Assembly (NCBI GenBank): GCA_051546255.1 | Contig: CP128817.1 | Coordinates: 186,001 to 250,000, forward strand | Direction: 5' to 3' | Origin: Meyerozyma guilliermondii | Taxonomy: Eukaryota | DNA length: 64,000 nt | Shown here: positions 27,670 through 39,429 of the stretch, piece after piece | How the letters are laid out: every line of letters starts with the position of its first letter | How positions within the stretch are numbered: position 1 is the first letter of the stretch | Program-made: the position numbers and the translations under genes | The notes under the pieces: model-generated | Told to the model about the DNA's origin: nothing | The model's input: the letters and a program-made list of their open reading frames with translations, nothing else | Databases searched by the model: none

Positions 27670-30213
27670 CTAATTCATAAACAAGAACTGTAAATCGTCC
27701 GGGGTTAACCTGCTGACCGCTGCGTCGTCCAGATTGATGGTTGCATTGATCATATTGGCTTTCTTTTCCTGTAGTTCAATAATCTTCAGCTCGATACTGT
27801 CTTCAATACAGAACCTGGTGATTCTGATCGGTCGCTTTTGACCAATTCGATGTACACGGTCCATAGACTGCCACTCCACACTGGGATTCCACCAGGGATC
27901 CATCAAAAAAACTTGCGACGCTTCGCAAAGGTTCAATGCCACACCACCAGCTTTCAACGATACCAAAAACACCTCGACTCCGGTATTTTCCATAAAGTGT
28001 CTGATGGTGTTATCTCTTTGTTGAGGAGACATCGAACCTTGTAATTTGACGGTTTCAAATCCTGCTCTTTTAAGTCTCCATTCGATCAAGTCTAACATCG
28101 ACGTGAACTGAGAAAACACAATGGACTTGATTGTATGACGATCTGAACGAAGCTTGTAAAGCTCTTCTACGAGAGCCTCAATCTTTGTCGAAGAGCGCCA
28201 TTCTCCACCATGGGTTCCTCTTTTGATTCTATTGACAATAGAAGCCTTGGTGAACAACTCCTCATCCACCTCTAATGCTGGCTGCTCTAAATCAATCGAA
28301 AGTCCAATATGGCAGACTGGACACTTGAGATTCTTATCTAAACCTCCAAACGAGTCGCAATACTCCACCACACACATTCTGCAGAATCTATGATGGCATT
28401 TGGATTCTATGGGATCTTCAGATTCGTCGTCACATAACTGACAAATAATAACCCCTTCAATTTCGTTCGAGACTTGATTGGTTCCTACTCGTTTCAACAC
28501 CAAATCAGGATGGTCCGCCAATTGTCGCATACGTGTGATCAATGTGAAAATGTTGGCATAATTGTTGAGAACAACTCCCTCGGCCACATAGTCGTTGAAC
28601 TTCCGTTTGGAGTCACTATACAATGAAGTGTACAAGTCCTTTTCTTCTTCATTGAACCAATCTTTCCTGATCTCCACCACACGTGGAGGAAGACCCAAAT
28701 CATCCGCCCTCTCCAACTTGGTTCTTCTTAACATAATATGCTTTAGTAAAAGCCTGATGTTGTTGAAACTCTCGAGTCCCAACCCTTCAATACCGTATTT
28801 CTGAACATTTTTAAGCATGAAGTGGTTGAAGAAGTTCGTATGTACCATGGGTGAATGGCCGCAGATGTCACAATGCCTCCAGTCCAGAAACTTCCACTCA
28901 TCACTGCTGCACTCACACTTGGTACAAAAGTATTGATGGAATGGTTCCAACTTCATGAATCTAATTAATGAGTACATCTCTCCGATTCTATTCTGTAATG
29001 GAGTACCCGTCAAGCACCAGCGCTTGGAACACTTCAAGTTGTTAGCCGCCTTGGCCGTGCCTGAAGTTCTATCTTTGATATTGTGTGCTTCATCCAACAC
29101 AACTCTGTAAAACTCGATAGAGTGCAATGGAGATTTCTCCTTGACGAGACCTGCTTTTCTCTTAAAACCATAATTTTGCTTTCTAAACACCGATTCAAGG
29201 ACAGAGAACGAAGTGAGAATCACATTATACTTGGATAGCTCCTTCACATCGGTTGCCCTATTGGCGCCATGGAACAAGAGCACTTTCAACAAACCATCCT
29301 TTGTGTGCTTTTCGATCTCGTTCTTCCACTGCATAAGTGCCACAGTAGGACCAACAACCAAATTGGGTCCCTTAGATAAGTCACTTAGAAAAAGGGCAAT
29401 TGTTTGAATGGTTTTACCCATACCCATTTCATCAGCAAGAATGCCGCCGCGAAATTCACCTTCTTCCTGCTGCAAAAGCCAGTTTAGACCTTCAAGCTGA
29501 AACGGCAATAGCTTTATATTCATCCCTTCTGGTTGTGGAGCGCGTTTGACTGGGGGTGTTTCAAGTGATCCCAAATATGGGAATACGTCTTTGAGTTTAG
29601 GATGATGCTCGTACAACCTTGCCGTAGCTCTTGTAAAATAAGGAACTTTCACTTTAGGTTCCTTCTTCTTACGAGGAGTAGCCTTCTTGGTGGTTTTCCG
29701 TTTTTTGGGTGGCGGTTCTTTAGACTCTTGTGGTACTTCTACGTCGGCCAATGGAACAGTATCGTCATCCAAATCTGACAAACTGATCGAGTTTGCTATG
29801 GAAGAACCTTCTCTCGTAGCTTTTTCTGCTACTACTTCGACTTCACTATCCTCTGACTCGTTATCGAAGACGTTTTCGAGAGTGTACTCTTCATCGGTTC
29901 CCGAATCTGGTGATCGTTTTTTGGCAACCTTCGCCTTTGGTTTCCTTTGGCCAGCTTTCTTAGTTGTCTTCACAGGAGGTTTCTCAGTGGTCTTTGCACT
30001 CGTCTCCTTATCTACTTCTACCAAATCACCATCCAACACGTCAAGATCGGGTGGTTCAACGTACGATGGCTTCTTCTTTCTTGTCGATCTTCTTCGATTG
30101 CTGGCGTAGCTTTTATCACCCACCATAAACCCTCCGGCGAGTTCTGAGTCCAGGTTACCAGCAGAAGGCGAAAAGCCATCCGAGAGAGCTTCGGAACTTT
30201 GACTGGGAGCCAT
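27670..30213 (-). CDS. RAD16: SNF2-family ATPase with RING finger, global-genome nucleotide excision repair
   Basis: [21 protein letters not shown], embedded RING (CQLC...CHHRFCRMC...CPVC) and [14 protein letters not shown] at 30213. Confidence 0.96.
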   Translation of the reverse strand: MAPSQSSEALSDGFSPSAGNLDSELAGGFMVGDKSYASNRRRSTRKKKPSYVEPPDLDVLDGDLVEVDKETSAKTTEKPPVKTTKKAGQRKPKAKVAKKRSPDSGTDEEYTLENVFDNESEDSEVEVVAEKATREGSSIANSISLSDLDDDTVPLADVEVPQESKEPPPKKRKTTKKATPRKKKEPKVKVPYFTRATARLYEHHPKLKDVFPYLGSLETPPVKRAPQPEGMNIKLLPFQLEGLNWLLQQEEGEFRGGILADEMGMGKTIQTIALFLSDLSKGPNLVVGPTVALMQWKNEIEKHTKDGLLKVLLFHGANRATDVKELSKYNVILTSFSVLESVFRKQNYGFKRKAGLVKEKSPLHSIEFYRVVLDEAHNIKDRTSGTAKAANNLKCSKRWCLTGTPLQNRIGEMYSLIRFMKLEPFHQYFCTKCECSSDEWKFLDWRHCDICGHSPMVHTNFFNHFMLKNVQKYGIEGLGLESFNNIRLLLKHIMLRRTKLERADDLGLPPRVVEIRKDWFNEEEKDLYTSLYSDSKRKFNDYVAEGVVLNNYANIFTLITRMRQLADHPDLVLKRVGTNQVSNEIEGVIICQLCDDESEDPIESKCHHRFCRMCVVEYCDSFGGLDKNLKCPVCHIGLSIDLEQPALEVDEELFTKASIVNRIKRGTHGGEWRSSTKIEALVEELYKLRSDRHTIKSIVFSQFTSMLDLIEWRLKRAGFETVKLQGSMSPQQRDNTIRHFMENTGVEVFLVSLKAGGVALNLCEASQVFLMDPWWNPSVEWQSMDRVHRIGQKRPIRITRFCIEDSIELKIIELQEKKANMINATINLDDAAVSRLTPDDLQFLFMN

Positions 30214-30355
30214 TTTTAGCGACGGTAGCAATCGGGTGAATCTTTATCGGTGAAACGGCGCGCCTGCATTTATCTAATTAGTAAGAGATGAGATCGCATC
30301 GGGTGCGGTGTGGGTGCAAATCAAGCAGAATTTCCATTAATGCATAATATACAAG

Positions 30356-31402
30356 CTAAGTCGTTCCGGCGGCAATGGCCCTTTCTGTTCTCTCAGCATC
30401 GTACTCAAAGTCGTAGTAGGATTTGTCGAACGAGTGAAGACGAATGAACCCATCTTCTCCTCCACTAGCATAACCAGTTCCATCGGGGTGTACGGCGATT
30501 GTGTTCAAAGGACCGAAATGGCCCTTGACTCTACCGATTTCATCAATGAAGATTTTATGGTAGAATCTAGCCTCGAATTTACCCTGGGATTCAGCAGTAG
30601 TAGTAACATTTCTGGCTTCTTGACCTCCTCCCAAAATGACAAAATCCTTCAATGGAGTGATGGCAGCGGTGTTCATGGGGGCGTCAGCCTTGTATACCTT
30701 CATGATTTCCAAGGTTTCGACATCAATCAAACAGGAACATTTGTCTTTTGACGATGTGATAAAGTATGACTTGTCTTCTGGAGCAAATTGGATATCGGTA
30801 ACCAAATGAATTTTTTCTTCGTTATGAATACCATGAGCCTGGACACTATCGATGAACTCGCCCGTAGCACCGTCGTATTTGGAGACTAAACCATCTTCAT
30901 GGCCAGCAATAATGTATTTTCCACCAGCTGACCATCCGGCAATTGTTACCTTCTTGGCGCCGTCTCTGGTTGGAATCACAAGACTTGGTTTCGAGGACTG
31001 GTTTTTGGGCTCTTCGTTGTTCACATCAAACACAGAAATCGTTCCTACTTGTCCCATAACCTGGTCGGTAACCGATAACAACTTGGAGTTGTCTGGTGAG
31101 AAAACCACTCTTCTGACTGGTGTGGGCATCTCGTAAGTGTATACACATTCGCCTGTTTCGACGAGCCAAAGCTTGATGGTCAAGTCGGCACTACCAGTGA
31201 CCGCATAGTGGGTGTTTGAATCGACATCGATAGACCAAATGGTACCCATATGGCCTTCGAATGTACCTAACCGTTCACCATTACTGGCAAACCAGACAGA
31301 CGCCGAGCTATCTTTGGCTACCAGGAAAAGGAGGTCTCCTTCCTGGTTATATTTGACCTGCGTCAACGACCGCTCGTGGCCCATAAGCTTGAAGGGACGC
31401 AT
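30356..31402 (-). CDS. TIF34: eIF3 subunit i (WD40)
   Basis: [26 protein letters not shown] and [11 protein letters not shown]. Confidence 0.96.
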   Translation of the reverse strand: MRPFKLMGHERSLTQVKYNQEGDLLFLVAKDSSASVWFASNGERLGTFEGHMGTIWSIDVDSNTHYAVTGSADLTIKLWLVETGECVYTYEMPTPVRRVVFSPDNSKLLSVTDQVMGQVGTISVFDVNNEEPKNQSSKPSLVIPTRDGAKKVTIAGWSAGGKYIIAGHEDGLVSKYDGATGEFIDSVQAHGIHNEEKIHLVTDIQFAPEDKSYFITSSKDKCSCLIDVETLEIMKVYKADAPMNTAAITPLKDFVILGGGQEARNVTTTAESQGKFEARFYHKIFIDEIGRVKGHFGPLNTIAVHPDGTGYASGGEDGFIRLHSFDKSYYDFEYDAERTERAIAAGTT

Positions 31403-31600
31403 TATGGAGTGTTATTAGGGTGGTGCTTAGTTGGTGAAGAATTTTTCGGTTCACGAAAAAGTCGCGGTGTGTGCAGGAACATACTCCAGGGTATACGAAG
31501 AAGGGTCAGTGAAGAACAGTGAAGAGAAGGCATTGATTATAGAAAAGGATGGTTTCTACTTGCTTTTGTTGAAAGTGAAGTCTTCTCAAAAATTGGCCAT

Positions 31601-32410
31601 TTAGCATACGTTTTCGATCGTTTGTGTTTTACCATCGTGCTCGCCGTAGTCGAGTTTCAACTTTCTTGTAAAAAGTTCAAAGAGCCACTCCATGCATGCC
31701 TTGGTGGTGGCAGGATCGTAACGGCCTTTACTCATTTCATCCCTAATAAAGGCATGTTGGGCATCATTGATCTCGATAAACGTCATATCGACATTATTCT
31801 TTCTCAAAGTAGACCGAATCAAGTCTCTACCTTCCAAAGGTACATGGTTATCTTTGCACCCAAAAATCATGATGATTTCTCCTTCTATTTCCTTGCTTCG
31901 TGCGAGCGAGTCGTCTTGTTGGCCTTTGCCCAAAGCATGGTTGTGAATGTCAGTAGCAAAAAAACAAACTGCAGCACTCACTCTTTTGTCAAGAGCAGCT
32001 CTAAATGCCAAATGGCCTCCAAGACACATTCCTGTAGCGCCAATCTTGCCATTGCAAGTTTTAAGGTCCATAAGATAGTTAATTGCCAACTTATTGTCTT
32101 CATCATACGACTTCAATTCTTTGGTAACCTTGTAGTTGTTACCCTTATCTGTTCCTTCAGCATCGTAAGCCAATGGCTCGTGCAGTTCAAAGTTATGGTA
32201 AATGGACGGTGCTACCGCTATATATCCTTGTCCTGCAATATCCTTGGCAAATCTGGCGACGGGACCAGTGACTTGGTAAATTTCACTGTACACCACAACT
32301 CCTGGAAACTTTGCATTTGGGTAATTGGGGACTTTGGGGTGGTATACAAAGAGCCTCATGGTGGTCCCGTAGGACGTTTTGACGTCGTGGTAGGTCTCTT
32401 CGATAAGCAT
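31601..32410 (-). CDS. Dienelactone hydrolase family protein (YDL086W-like)
   Basis: SEIYQVTGP, Cys nucleophile GMCLGG, DNHVP and AQHAF.RDE. Confidence 0.9.
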   Translation of the reverse strand: MLIEETYHDVKTSYGTTMRLFVYHPKVPNYPNAKFPGVVVYSEIYQVTGPVARFAKDIAGQGYIAVAPSIYHNFELHEPLAYDAEGTDKGNNYKVTKELKSYDEDNKLAINYLMDLKTCNGKIGATGMCLGGHLAFRAALDKRVSAAVCFFATDIHNHALGKGQQDDSLARSKEIEGEIIMIFGCKDNHVPLEGRDLIRSTLRKNNVDMTFIEINDAQHAFIRDEMSKGRYDPATTKACMEWLFELFTRKLKLDYGEHDGKTQTIENVC

Positions 32411-32669
32411 GTTGATTAGATGAGAATAAAGTAGTACACATAACGCTGAAAAATAGGTGAGATATAATACGAATCAAATACGAAATCAATCCAAAACTTG
32501 AAAAGAAATCAAATATGAAGTAGAATTGAACTATATAGCAGAACGATGCTATCATATGCTGGAGAAGACAAAACAAATGGAACTACTATAAAAGTTTTGG
32601 GATATCAATACCTCCATCCTGCTACTTCCAAATTAATATCGTCTATACTTCAAAAAGCTTAGTGTCCTT

Positions 32670-32897
32670 TTACTTCTTCTGAGCTTCAGCGGCTCTCCTA
32701 GCATCGGCTATGTTAGTATTTTTTGATCCCAATCTCGGTTTCTTCTACTCACCTGCTGCCTGTTTCTGCCTCATTTTCTCAGCGTCACTCTCCATCCGCT
32801 TTTTAGGGTCACCTTCTTTCTTCAGACCCTTGGCGGCCTCCTGCTGCTTCTTCAAGTTTTTGGCTCTAGCAAGATCTCTCTGGTTTCCCCGTGCCAT
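32670..32897 (-). CDS. SERF/4F5-family small protein (YDL085C-A-like), 60 aa. Exons 32897-32753 and 32707-32670.
   Basis: MARGNQRDLARAKNLKKQ signature. The spliced end reads MRQKQAAADARRAAEAQKK*. Confidence 0.92.
32708..32752 (-). other. Spliceosomal intron (45 nt) in the SERF gene
   Basis: CAG|GTGAGT ... TACTAAC ATAG. Contains an in-frame TAG if retained. Confidence 0.9.
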
Positions 32898-32988
32898 GAT
32901 GGCTGAACGAAAAGAAAGGAATTTCGCGACCAGCTCCAACAGTATTTTACTCTGCTATTTTTATCACTATATTACACCCTATGCCACT

Positions 32989-34032
32989 TTATTTTTCTTC
33001 CATGTCAAAAACCAACGAACCATCCTTTTCTGGGTCGTATGGTGAAAGCAAAAACTTACTAAACTTCTTCAAATTGTCAATACCTCTCACTTCAGTACCC
33101 AATAATGGCATCTTTACAACATGGTAATCTTCATAGAGCTCAGCCATTTGATCCAAATACTTTTGCTGCATCTTCCATCTGGACGCACACCGTTTGCAGC
33201 TGCCATCGTTATCGGCAAACAAAAGCTGGTTCACCACAATACTATTGACATCCATGTTGTACGACACCAACTCTTGGATCATTCTCTCGGTCTCGTATAA
33301 CGACAAGAACTCGGAAATACACACACAGACAAACGTGGTCAAGTCAGGGTTCGTGAACTGTTCATTGACCTCGCTGACATTCTTTTGTATCTCGTTCATC
33401 TTTTCAAAGATGTCTTGCTGTTGACCACCTCCCAACATGTTCAACATGGGTCCCAATTTACCGGACAACTGCTTAAACTTGCCCAAGAGCTTTTCGAGTG
33501 TAGCTGGCAACTGAAGGAAACGCAACGTGTGTCCTGTAGGAGCAGTATCGAAAATAATGGTTTTGTAGGCCACGGTCTTTTCATCAGAATCTCCATCTGA
33601 TGCCTTTTGATTCTTGATATGCTTGAGAACTTCCATGAACGACAATGCCTCATCAATACCGGGGATCGACCCAGTCATATCGTTCATTATGTTCTTCATA
33701 GGATCACTGGGATCGTTGTTATATTGCGATGCCTGTTGCTGTAAATCAGACATGGCTGCTTCTGGGTCGATTTCCATACACGACAAGTTTGGCAAGCCCT
33801 CGACGGGTCTAGCGTCCTTGCCGAATTTCTGGCAGAAAGCATCGGACAAGTTGTGGGCTGGGTCCGTGGAAATGAGCAAAAACTGATCATTTGGTTTTGA
33901 AAGTGCCAATTGGACTGCTATCGAAGATGATGTCGTAGTCTTACCAACACCTCCCTTTCCTCCTACAAAGATCCATTTGAGGGAGTCATGCTCCACAATC
34001 AGCTCTAAAGTAGGCTCTAATTCAAAGTCCAT
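32989..34032 (-). CDS. GET3: ArsA-family ATPase for tail-anchored protein targeting
   Basis: [34 protein letters not shown] and CKRC. Confidence 0.97.
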   Translation of the reverse strand: MDFELEPTLELIVEHDSLKWIFVGGKGGVGKTTTSSSIAVQLALSKPNDQFLLISTDPAHNLSDAFCQKFGKDARPVEGLPNLSCMEIDPEAAMSDLQQQASQYNNDPSDPMKNIMNDMTGSIPGIDEALSFMEVLKHIKNQKASDGDSDEKTVAYKTIIFDTAPTGHTLRFLQLPATLEKLLGKFKQLSGKLGPMLNMLGGGQQQDIFEKMNEIQKNVSEVNEQFTNPDLTTFVCVCISEFLSLYETERMIQELVSYNMDVNSIVVNQLLFADNDGSCKRCASRWKMQQKYLDQMAELYEDYHVVKMPLLGTEVRGIDNLKKFSKFLLSPYDPEKDGSLVFDMEEK

Positions 34033-34339
34033 TATACAAGTAATAAGTTACTGTAGTGAAGGTCAGAAGACTTAAACCTCGTGGCGATTTCGCGAAGAAT
34101 ATTCCAGAGGAAGGAAAACGGCGAGAAACTATAAGCCAAATAGGAAATGTAATGGGTACGAAAAGATCATGAAAAAAATACAAGAAAGTGTACATGTATC
34201 AATTGGACAGCCAATATTTTGAGATTGAAACGAATTTCCACATTTAAACATTCGTGAAGGTATATGGACTATTCGGACTATTCTCTGTGATCTGTTTCTC
34301 CGCCCTTGTTTCTACCGCGCGCTTCTGCAGTATCAATTA

Positions 34340-34411
34340 TCCGATATAGTGTAACGGCTAGCACGGTTCGCTTTCACCGAGCAGACCCGGGTTCGACTCC
34401 CGGTATCGGAA
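34340..34411 (+). tRNA. tRNA-Glu (TTC), 72 nt
   Basis: TCCGATATAGTGTAACGGCTAGCACGGTTCGCTTTCACCGAGCAGACCCGGGTTCGACTCCCGGTATCGGAA, followed by an oligo-T Pol III terminator. Confidence 0.96.
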
Positions 34412-34517
34412 AATTTATTTTTTTTTAGCCGCCCCAAAACGTGCACCGGCTCCTCTTTGCAGCTATTTCGTCACCTTCCCATATTATGAACTGTTGCCTT
34501 TTGCCCTTTTATTCAAT

Positions 34518-35918
34518 ATGAAGTTCGCTAAGGTTCTAGAGCAGACCCTCGTTGAAGAAGAAATTCCTGACGATTGGGTAGAAGCTGCTATCAAGTATAA
34601 GACTTTAAAGAAATGTATCAATCAAGTTGTCAAAGAACTTTCACTTCTTGGACTCGGTCAAAATACCCTCAAATTAATCCTCCACAACGACCAGAGTGTC
34701 ATAGAAGTGCCACAAGAAGACGCAAATGCATCCAATCCCGCAATCGCTCATTATTCCTTGACTAAAAAAGACAATAACATCATCTCAACTTTGAAAATAT
34801 CGTTTGATTACTCAAACGAAGAATATACTGATGACCACATCCATGAGCTAGCACAGGAGATCAAGACGCGTATCGAGAAGTTGCTAGATGATGACCAGGA
34901 GCTTACAGCGGCAAAGGTTGTTGAACTTACTGATGCCGATAAATTAGTCATTTCCCCGCAATCGTCCCATAAAGTAGAAGAGGCAGACGAGACCAAGTCA
35001 GATTCTCCCAAGTCCAAAAGGGTCAATTTGGAGATTGTTCTCAACCTGGACTCGAAGTTTTTCAGTATGTTGAACGAGGAATTGGAGTCGTTGGACGCTT
35101 TCAAGAAGCGCGAAGAGGACAGACTTATGAACGAAGTCGACCAAGTAAGGTCGCTGTTAGTCACGTTGGCAAGTCCCGAAAAGTACCGCAAGGGTGACCT
35201 CTACAAATGGAGAGAGGTTTTCAGGATGTACTTGGATTCTGAAGTGTTTTTCCGTTATAACGAGGCTACTTCTTCTGGTTCTGAACGAACGGCAGACCAG
35301 GTTAAGAAAAACTTGGATTCATTTATGGAGCGTGCACAAAAGTCTGGAATACTAACCAGTTTCCGTAATAAAAAAAGCAAGCTCGCTTTCAATCAATTCG
35401 CCCAGATTAACACCCATTTGTTGAAAGTGCTCCAGTTTCAGTCAATTAATTCAACCGCCTTGAGAAAGATTCTCAAAAAGTTCGACAAACAAACATCGTT
35501 GGGTATCCGCAATGAGTTCCCCAAATTAATATCTAATGACCATGTGTTTATGACAGGAGCATCTATAGCTCAGTCTGTTTGCTATGTCATTCAATCGTCT
35601 ATTCTCAAGCTTGTTCCACAACTCGAAGATTTCACTTGTCCCATTTGTCTTTCCATAGCATACAAGCCAATCAAATTGAACTGTGGACACGTTTTCTGTG
35701 TGCGATGCTTAGTGAAGATGAAGCAGCGGTCGAAGGCAGATTGTCCAATATGTAGACTTCACAATGCAGTTCTTGAAGCTGATGGCTCCAACTTGGATGA
35801 GAAGTCACTCGTGATAATGAAGCGCTACTTTCCTACAGAAGTACGCATGAAACTCAAGGAGAGAGACCAGGAACACTACTCTGAGTTTGTTGGCCAAGGT
35901 AAATGTATAATAATGTAG
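34518..35918 (+). CDS. SPX-domain / C3HC4 RING E3 ubiquitin ligase
   Basis: SPX hallmarks MKFAK, YKTLKKCI and N.TALRKILKKFDKQT. RING CPIC...CGHVFCVRC...CPIC. C-terminal CaaX (CIIM). Confidence 0.88.
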   Translation: MKFAKVLEQTLVEEEIPDDWVEAAIKYKTLKKCINQVVKELSLLGLGQNTLKLILHNDQSVIEVPQEDANASNPAIAHYSLTKKDNNIISTLKISFDYSNEEYTDDHIHELAQEIKTRIEKLLDDDQELTAAKVVELTDADKLVISPQSSHKVEEADETKSDSPKSKRVNLEIVLNLDSKFFSMLNEELESLDAFKKREEDRLMNEVDQVRSLLVTLASPEKYRKGDLYKWREVFRMYLDSEVFFRYNEATSSGSERTADQVKKNLDSFMERAQKSGILTSFRNKKSKLAFNQFAQINTHLLKVLQFQSINSTALRKILKKFDKQTSLGIRNEFPKLISNDHVFMTGASIAQSVCYVIQSSILKLVPQLEDFTCPICLSIAYKPIKLNCGHVFCVRCLVKMKQRSKADCPICRLHNAVLEADGSNLDEKSLVIMKRYFPTEVRMKLKERDQEHYSEFVGQGKCIIM

Positions 35919-36033
35919 ATGATAGAATAAAACCTAATTAAGAATAATACCACTAATGGTAACAGCTGCTAATCTGCACTACCAAACGGCCGTGCGTCAA
36001 CTTGTCTCACTGTTTCGGACCTCGTCTATTACA

Positions 36034-37599
36034 ATGGAGATTGACAAAAACACCAAATATGATAGGCAGCTTCGTCTTTGGGAGACCTCAGGGCAACTGC
36101 GGCTTGAGTTGTCGCACATTTGCTTGGTAAATGCAACCTCAACAGGCTCAGAACTACTTAAAAACTTGATTCTCCCAGGTATTGGAAAATTCACGATAAT
36201 AGATGATGGGGTTGTGACACAAGAACGGATCTCTGGTAACTTCTTCTTGCTGAAACAAGATATAGGGAAGCAATTGGCACCGTCTTTGTGTGGAAAACTC
36301 AACGAATTGAACTCTGATGTAAAGGGAAACTCAATTTGTAAGTCGTTGGAATCAGTATTGGAATCGGAACCACCAACGTTTTGGAGCCAATTCTCCATCG
36401 TGGCCATTAGCGACTATACTCCTGCTCCACAACTCAAGGCATTGAAAGATATTTTGTGGTCCCAGAGTATCCCATTAATTGTGGTGAACACTGTAGGATT
36501 TTACGGCTCTCTACATCTTATCACCAGCGAGACTACTGTGGTTGAGACCCATGATCCGGCTCGCTTGTATGATTTGAGGATAGACAAGCCGTGGCCGGAA
36601 CTCCAGGAGCTCTCAGACTCTGTCAAACTTGAAGAATTGAATGATACAGCCCATGCCCATGTTCCATATGTCATAATTTTCATCAAGGCATTACAAGAAT
36701 GGCGCAACAAATATGGGTCACCACCAAAGAATTATTCTGAAAAGAAGCAGTTTAGGAAATATGTTGTTTCTATGTCGAGAGATATAAGAACAGAAACCAA
36801 TTTCATCGAGGCTTCAACATCCACTCACAGAGCACTTCAAACTACAGAGGTGCCAGCTTCTATCCAAGACCTATTTGACCATCCCAACTTGCAAAACTTG
36901 ACCAAATCGACTCCTGCGTTCTGGGTGCTTTTATGTGCATTGAAAAAGTTTACTGAGGTGAATAATGGCCAGTTACCATTACCTGGCAGCTTGCCAGATA
37001 TGGCATCAGATTCTGAGAGTTACATCAAACTCCAGACAGTATACAAAGATAAGGCGCTGCGAGATCAGAAACAATTCACGGAGCATCTCATGCAAATTGT
37101 CAAAGATATTGGATCTGATCAACTGCAATTTACACAGGAGACCATAAGCCAATTCTGCAAAAACACTCACCTGCTTCATGTTACCCTGGGAACCAAAAAA
37201 TCCTACTCCACTTCCATGATAGAAAACATGTTACTGGGGTTCAATAGTGGAAATAATCTGGACGAAGCTCATTTGTTGGCGATATATTTTGGCATTTTAA
37301 CGCTCAATGCATTAATAGAAAAGAGCAACCTGCCAATAAGCGAGTCAAACTACGACGAGCTCATGAAACTTTTCATTGACGAGTTTGCACCAGGCGTGAC
37401 ACAACTCCCGGATGACATGAAGCTGGTTTTCAAAGAAATCGCAGTTCATAACAGCCGTTCGTACCATAATGTTTGCAGCTTCATGGGTGGTGTCGCCAGT
37501 CAAGAAGCGTTGAAGTTGACAACCATTCAGTATAGACCACTTGATGATCTCTATATTTTCGATGGAGTTCGTTCTGTGAGTGAAAAGTTCAAGGTATAG
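36034..37599 (+). CDS. ULA1: NEDD8/Rub1-activating enzyme E1 regulatory subunit
   Basis: KYDRQLRLW, ELLKNLILPGIG, HAHVPY, LPGSLPDM and GGVASQEALKL. Confidence 0.93.
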   Translation: MEIDKNTKYDRQLRLWETSGQLRLELSHICLVNATSTGSELLKNLILPGIGKFTIIDDGVVTQERISGNFFLLKQDIGKQLAPSLCGKLNELNSDVKGNSICKSLESVLESEPPTFWSQFSIVAISDYTPAPQLKALKDILWSQSIPLIVVNTVGFYGSLHLITSETTVVETHDPARLYDLRIDKPWPELQELSDSVKLEELNDTAHAHVPYVIIFIKALQEWRNKYGSPPKNYSEKKQFRKYVVSMSRDIRTETNFIEASTSTHRALQTTEVPASIQDLFDHPNLQNLTKSTPAFWVLLCALKKFTEVNNGQLPLPGSLPDMASDSESYIKLQTVYKDKALRDQKQFTEHLMQIVKDIGSDQLQFTQETISQFCKNTHLLHVTLGTKKSYSTSMIENMLLGFNSGNNLDEAHLLAIYFGILTLNALIEKSNLPISESNYDELMKLFIDEFAPGVTQLPDDMKLVFKEIAVHNSRSYHNVCSFMGGVASQEALKLTTIQYRPLDDLYIFDGVRSVSEKFKV

Positions 37600-37606
37600 A
37601 TAATAA

Positions 37607-39385
37607 TTACAAGTCATCAAATGAACCCAGTATTCCACTTGTCTTTTGTTTCTTCTCTCGCACCAAATCTTTCCAGTCGACCACAGTTTCTTCATCGGAA
37701 GACTCGTTCATAATTTGTTTTTCTATAGCTTCTCTCTTTCGTTTCATTTTCTCTCTCCTTTCTTGCTTTCCTTCCTTCTTTTCATTTTTACTCGACCAAG
37801 CTTCATTCTTGACCTTTAGTTCTTTTCTTCTCTTCGCATCGTTAACTTTTTTGTTCCATTCTTCCTCCATCGTTTCAAGGCGGATCTTTTCCTTGGCTGG
37901 GTCGGCGTATGCGTATTTGTTCATATCAATTTTTTCTCCAAGCCATCCGTCTTCAGGCATTCTGTCGTTAGGAACAAACCTTGATTCAGGCATTTTGGGA
38001 AGTCTTAATAAACCATAAGCTTTTGCTAAACCAATGTAGTCGAGAGTTTGAAGACGGAAGATGGAGGTGGCTGCGTGCTTCGAGTAGTAGCGAACAAACC
38101 CCACGTATGCCTTGATTGCAGTTTCATGAAATGCTCTATCTTGCAACATCAAATTTCTCAAGTTTTTCAGAAATGCTTTATAGGCATCAATGACATCTGG
38201 CGATTCAACCTCGCTCATTTTAAGGCCCTTGACTTCCATAAAGTCAACATAATCACTTTCGAGTGCGTTATTGTTGAGCATAACGATGGCTCTTCCCACT
38301 TTATTGGCTCTGCCCGTCCTTCCACACCGATGTAAAAACATATCTGGATCAGTTGGCGGATCCAACTGGATCACCAAGTCCACTTCGGGGATGTCTATTC
38401 CTCTTGCAGCAACATCAGTGGTGAGCAAGACATGTTTCGAAGTACGCACATCTCCCTCTGTAAACTTGTTCATCGCCTTGAGACGAGCTTTGGCCAAAAG
38501 CTGGCCATGTATGGAGGTGAGGTTGACGTCTTCAAGTGGATGTAATTTTTGGAACACCGAGTAAAAGTACTTGACCGATGCACATGTGGGAAAGTAGACG
38601 ATGCATTTTTTGTACTGTAAAGTCAGCAACATGTTGATCAAAACAGCTATTTTCGTCTCCGGGTTGACCATCATGTAGTTTACAGTCAACGACTGTGGTT
38701 TAGATTCGGCTTTGTTAGAATTGACAGAGATTTTCACTGGGTTGGACATGCCAGTGCGAAAGATACTGTCACCAGCCGACAGTAGGGTAGCAGAAAATAA
38801 CCCAGTTCTTCGCTGCTTTGGAAGCTTTTTCAAAATGGACACAACGTCGTTCTGGAATGAAATGTCCAATAGACGGTCTGCTTCGTCTAAAACCACCATT
38901 TCAACTGTTGATCTCTTGACGGCATTGCTTGAAAAAAAGTCTAGCAAACGACCAGGAGTTGCTATTATGATCTGAGGTTTGTTCTCTGCAAATGCATTCA
39001 AATCTTCTCTTACGGTGGCTAATGAACCCACAATTAACTGGGTTTTGATGGGCGGTTGGTCCTCTGGATAGAATTGTAAAAGTGTATGAAATACGGTATT
39101 GATTTGGTTGGCAAGTTCTCTTGTGGGTGATATGACTATACCGTACAAGCCAGAGCTCCCTCTGTTCTCCTTCATACACTTTGTAACTCGCTCTAGCACG
39201 GGAATGGCAAAGGCGAGTGTCTTTCCAGATCCAGTCACGGCTTCGACTACAACATCTTTGTTTCCACAAAAAAGAGGGATTGTCGATGCTTGGACAGGAG
39301 TCATGCTTCGAAACCCAAGCGAGTCTATGGCATCGTGTATCCATGGCTGAAGCGATGCCTGGCTCCATGCTAGTGATTTGGACAT
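37607..39385 (-). CDS. SPB4: DEAD-box helicase for 60S biogenesis
   Basis: MTPVQASTIPLF, AVTGSGKT, DEAD, SAT, HRCGRTGR and LLRLPKMPE. Confidence 0.95.
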   Translation of the reverse strand: MSKSLAWSQASLQPWIHDAIDSLGFRSMTPVQASTIPLFCGNKDVVVEAVTGSGKTLAFAIPVLERVTKCMKENRGSSGLYGIVISPTRELANQINTVFHTLLQFYPEDQPPIKTQLIVGSLATVREDLNAFAENKPQIIIATPGRLLDFFSSNAVKRSTVEMVVLDEADRLLDISFQNDVVSILKKLPKQRRTGLFSATLLSAGDSIFRTGMSNPVKISVNSNKAESKPQSLTVNYMMVNPETKIAVLINMLLTLQYKKCIVYFPTCASVKYFYSVFQKLHPLEDVNLTSIHGQLLAKARLKAMNKFTEGDVRTSKHVLLTTDVAARGIDIPEVDLVIQLDPPTDPDMFLHRCGRTGRANKVGRAIVMLNNNALESDYVDFMEVKGLKMSEVESPDVIDAYKAFLKNLRNLMLQDRAFHETAIKAYVGFVRYYSKHAATSIFRLQTLDYIGLAKAYGLLRLPKMPESRFVPNDRMPEDGWLGEKIDMNKYAYADPAKEKIRLETMEEEWNKKVNDAKRRKELKVKNEAWSSKNEKKEGKQERREKMKRKREAIEKQIMNESSDEETVVDWKDLVREKKQKTSGILGSFDDL

Positions 39386-39401
39386 GAGAATAAAGTTTCG
39401 C

Positions 39402-39409
39402 GCGATGAG
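39402..39409. promoter_or_regulatory. PAC element GCGATGAG in the 44-bp SPB4/DEG1 divergent spacer
   Basis: Exact PAC consensus between two RNA-processing genes. Confidence 0.65.
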
Positions 39410-39429
39410 CATCACAAGTTAAATTCACC

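Noticed and set aside
31622..32419. 265-codon antisense ORF over the dienelactone hydrolase, and many similar antisense or alternate-frame ORFs in the track
   Set aside because: They mirror conserved sense genes, mostly lack ATG starts and carry no motifs. They are expected by-products of codon bias.
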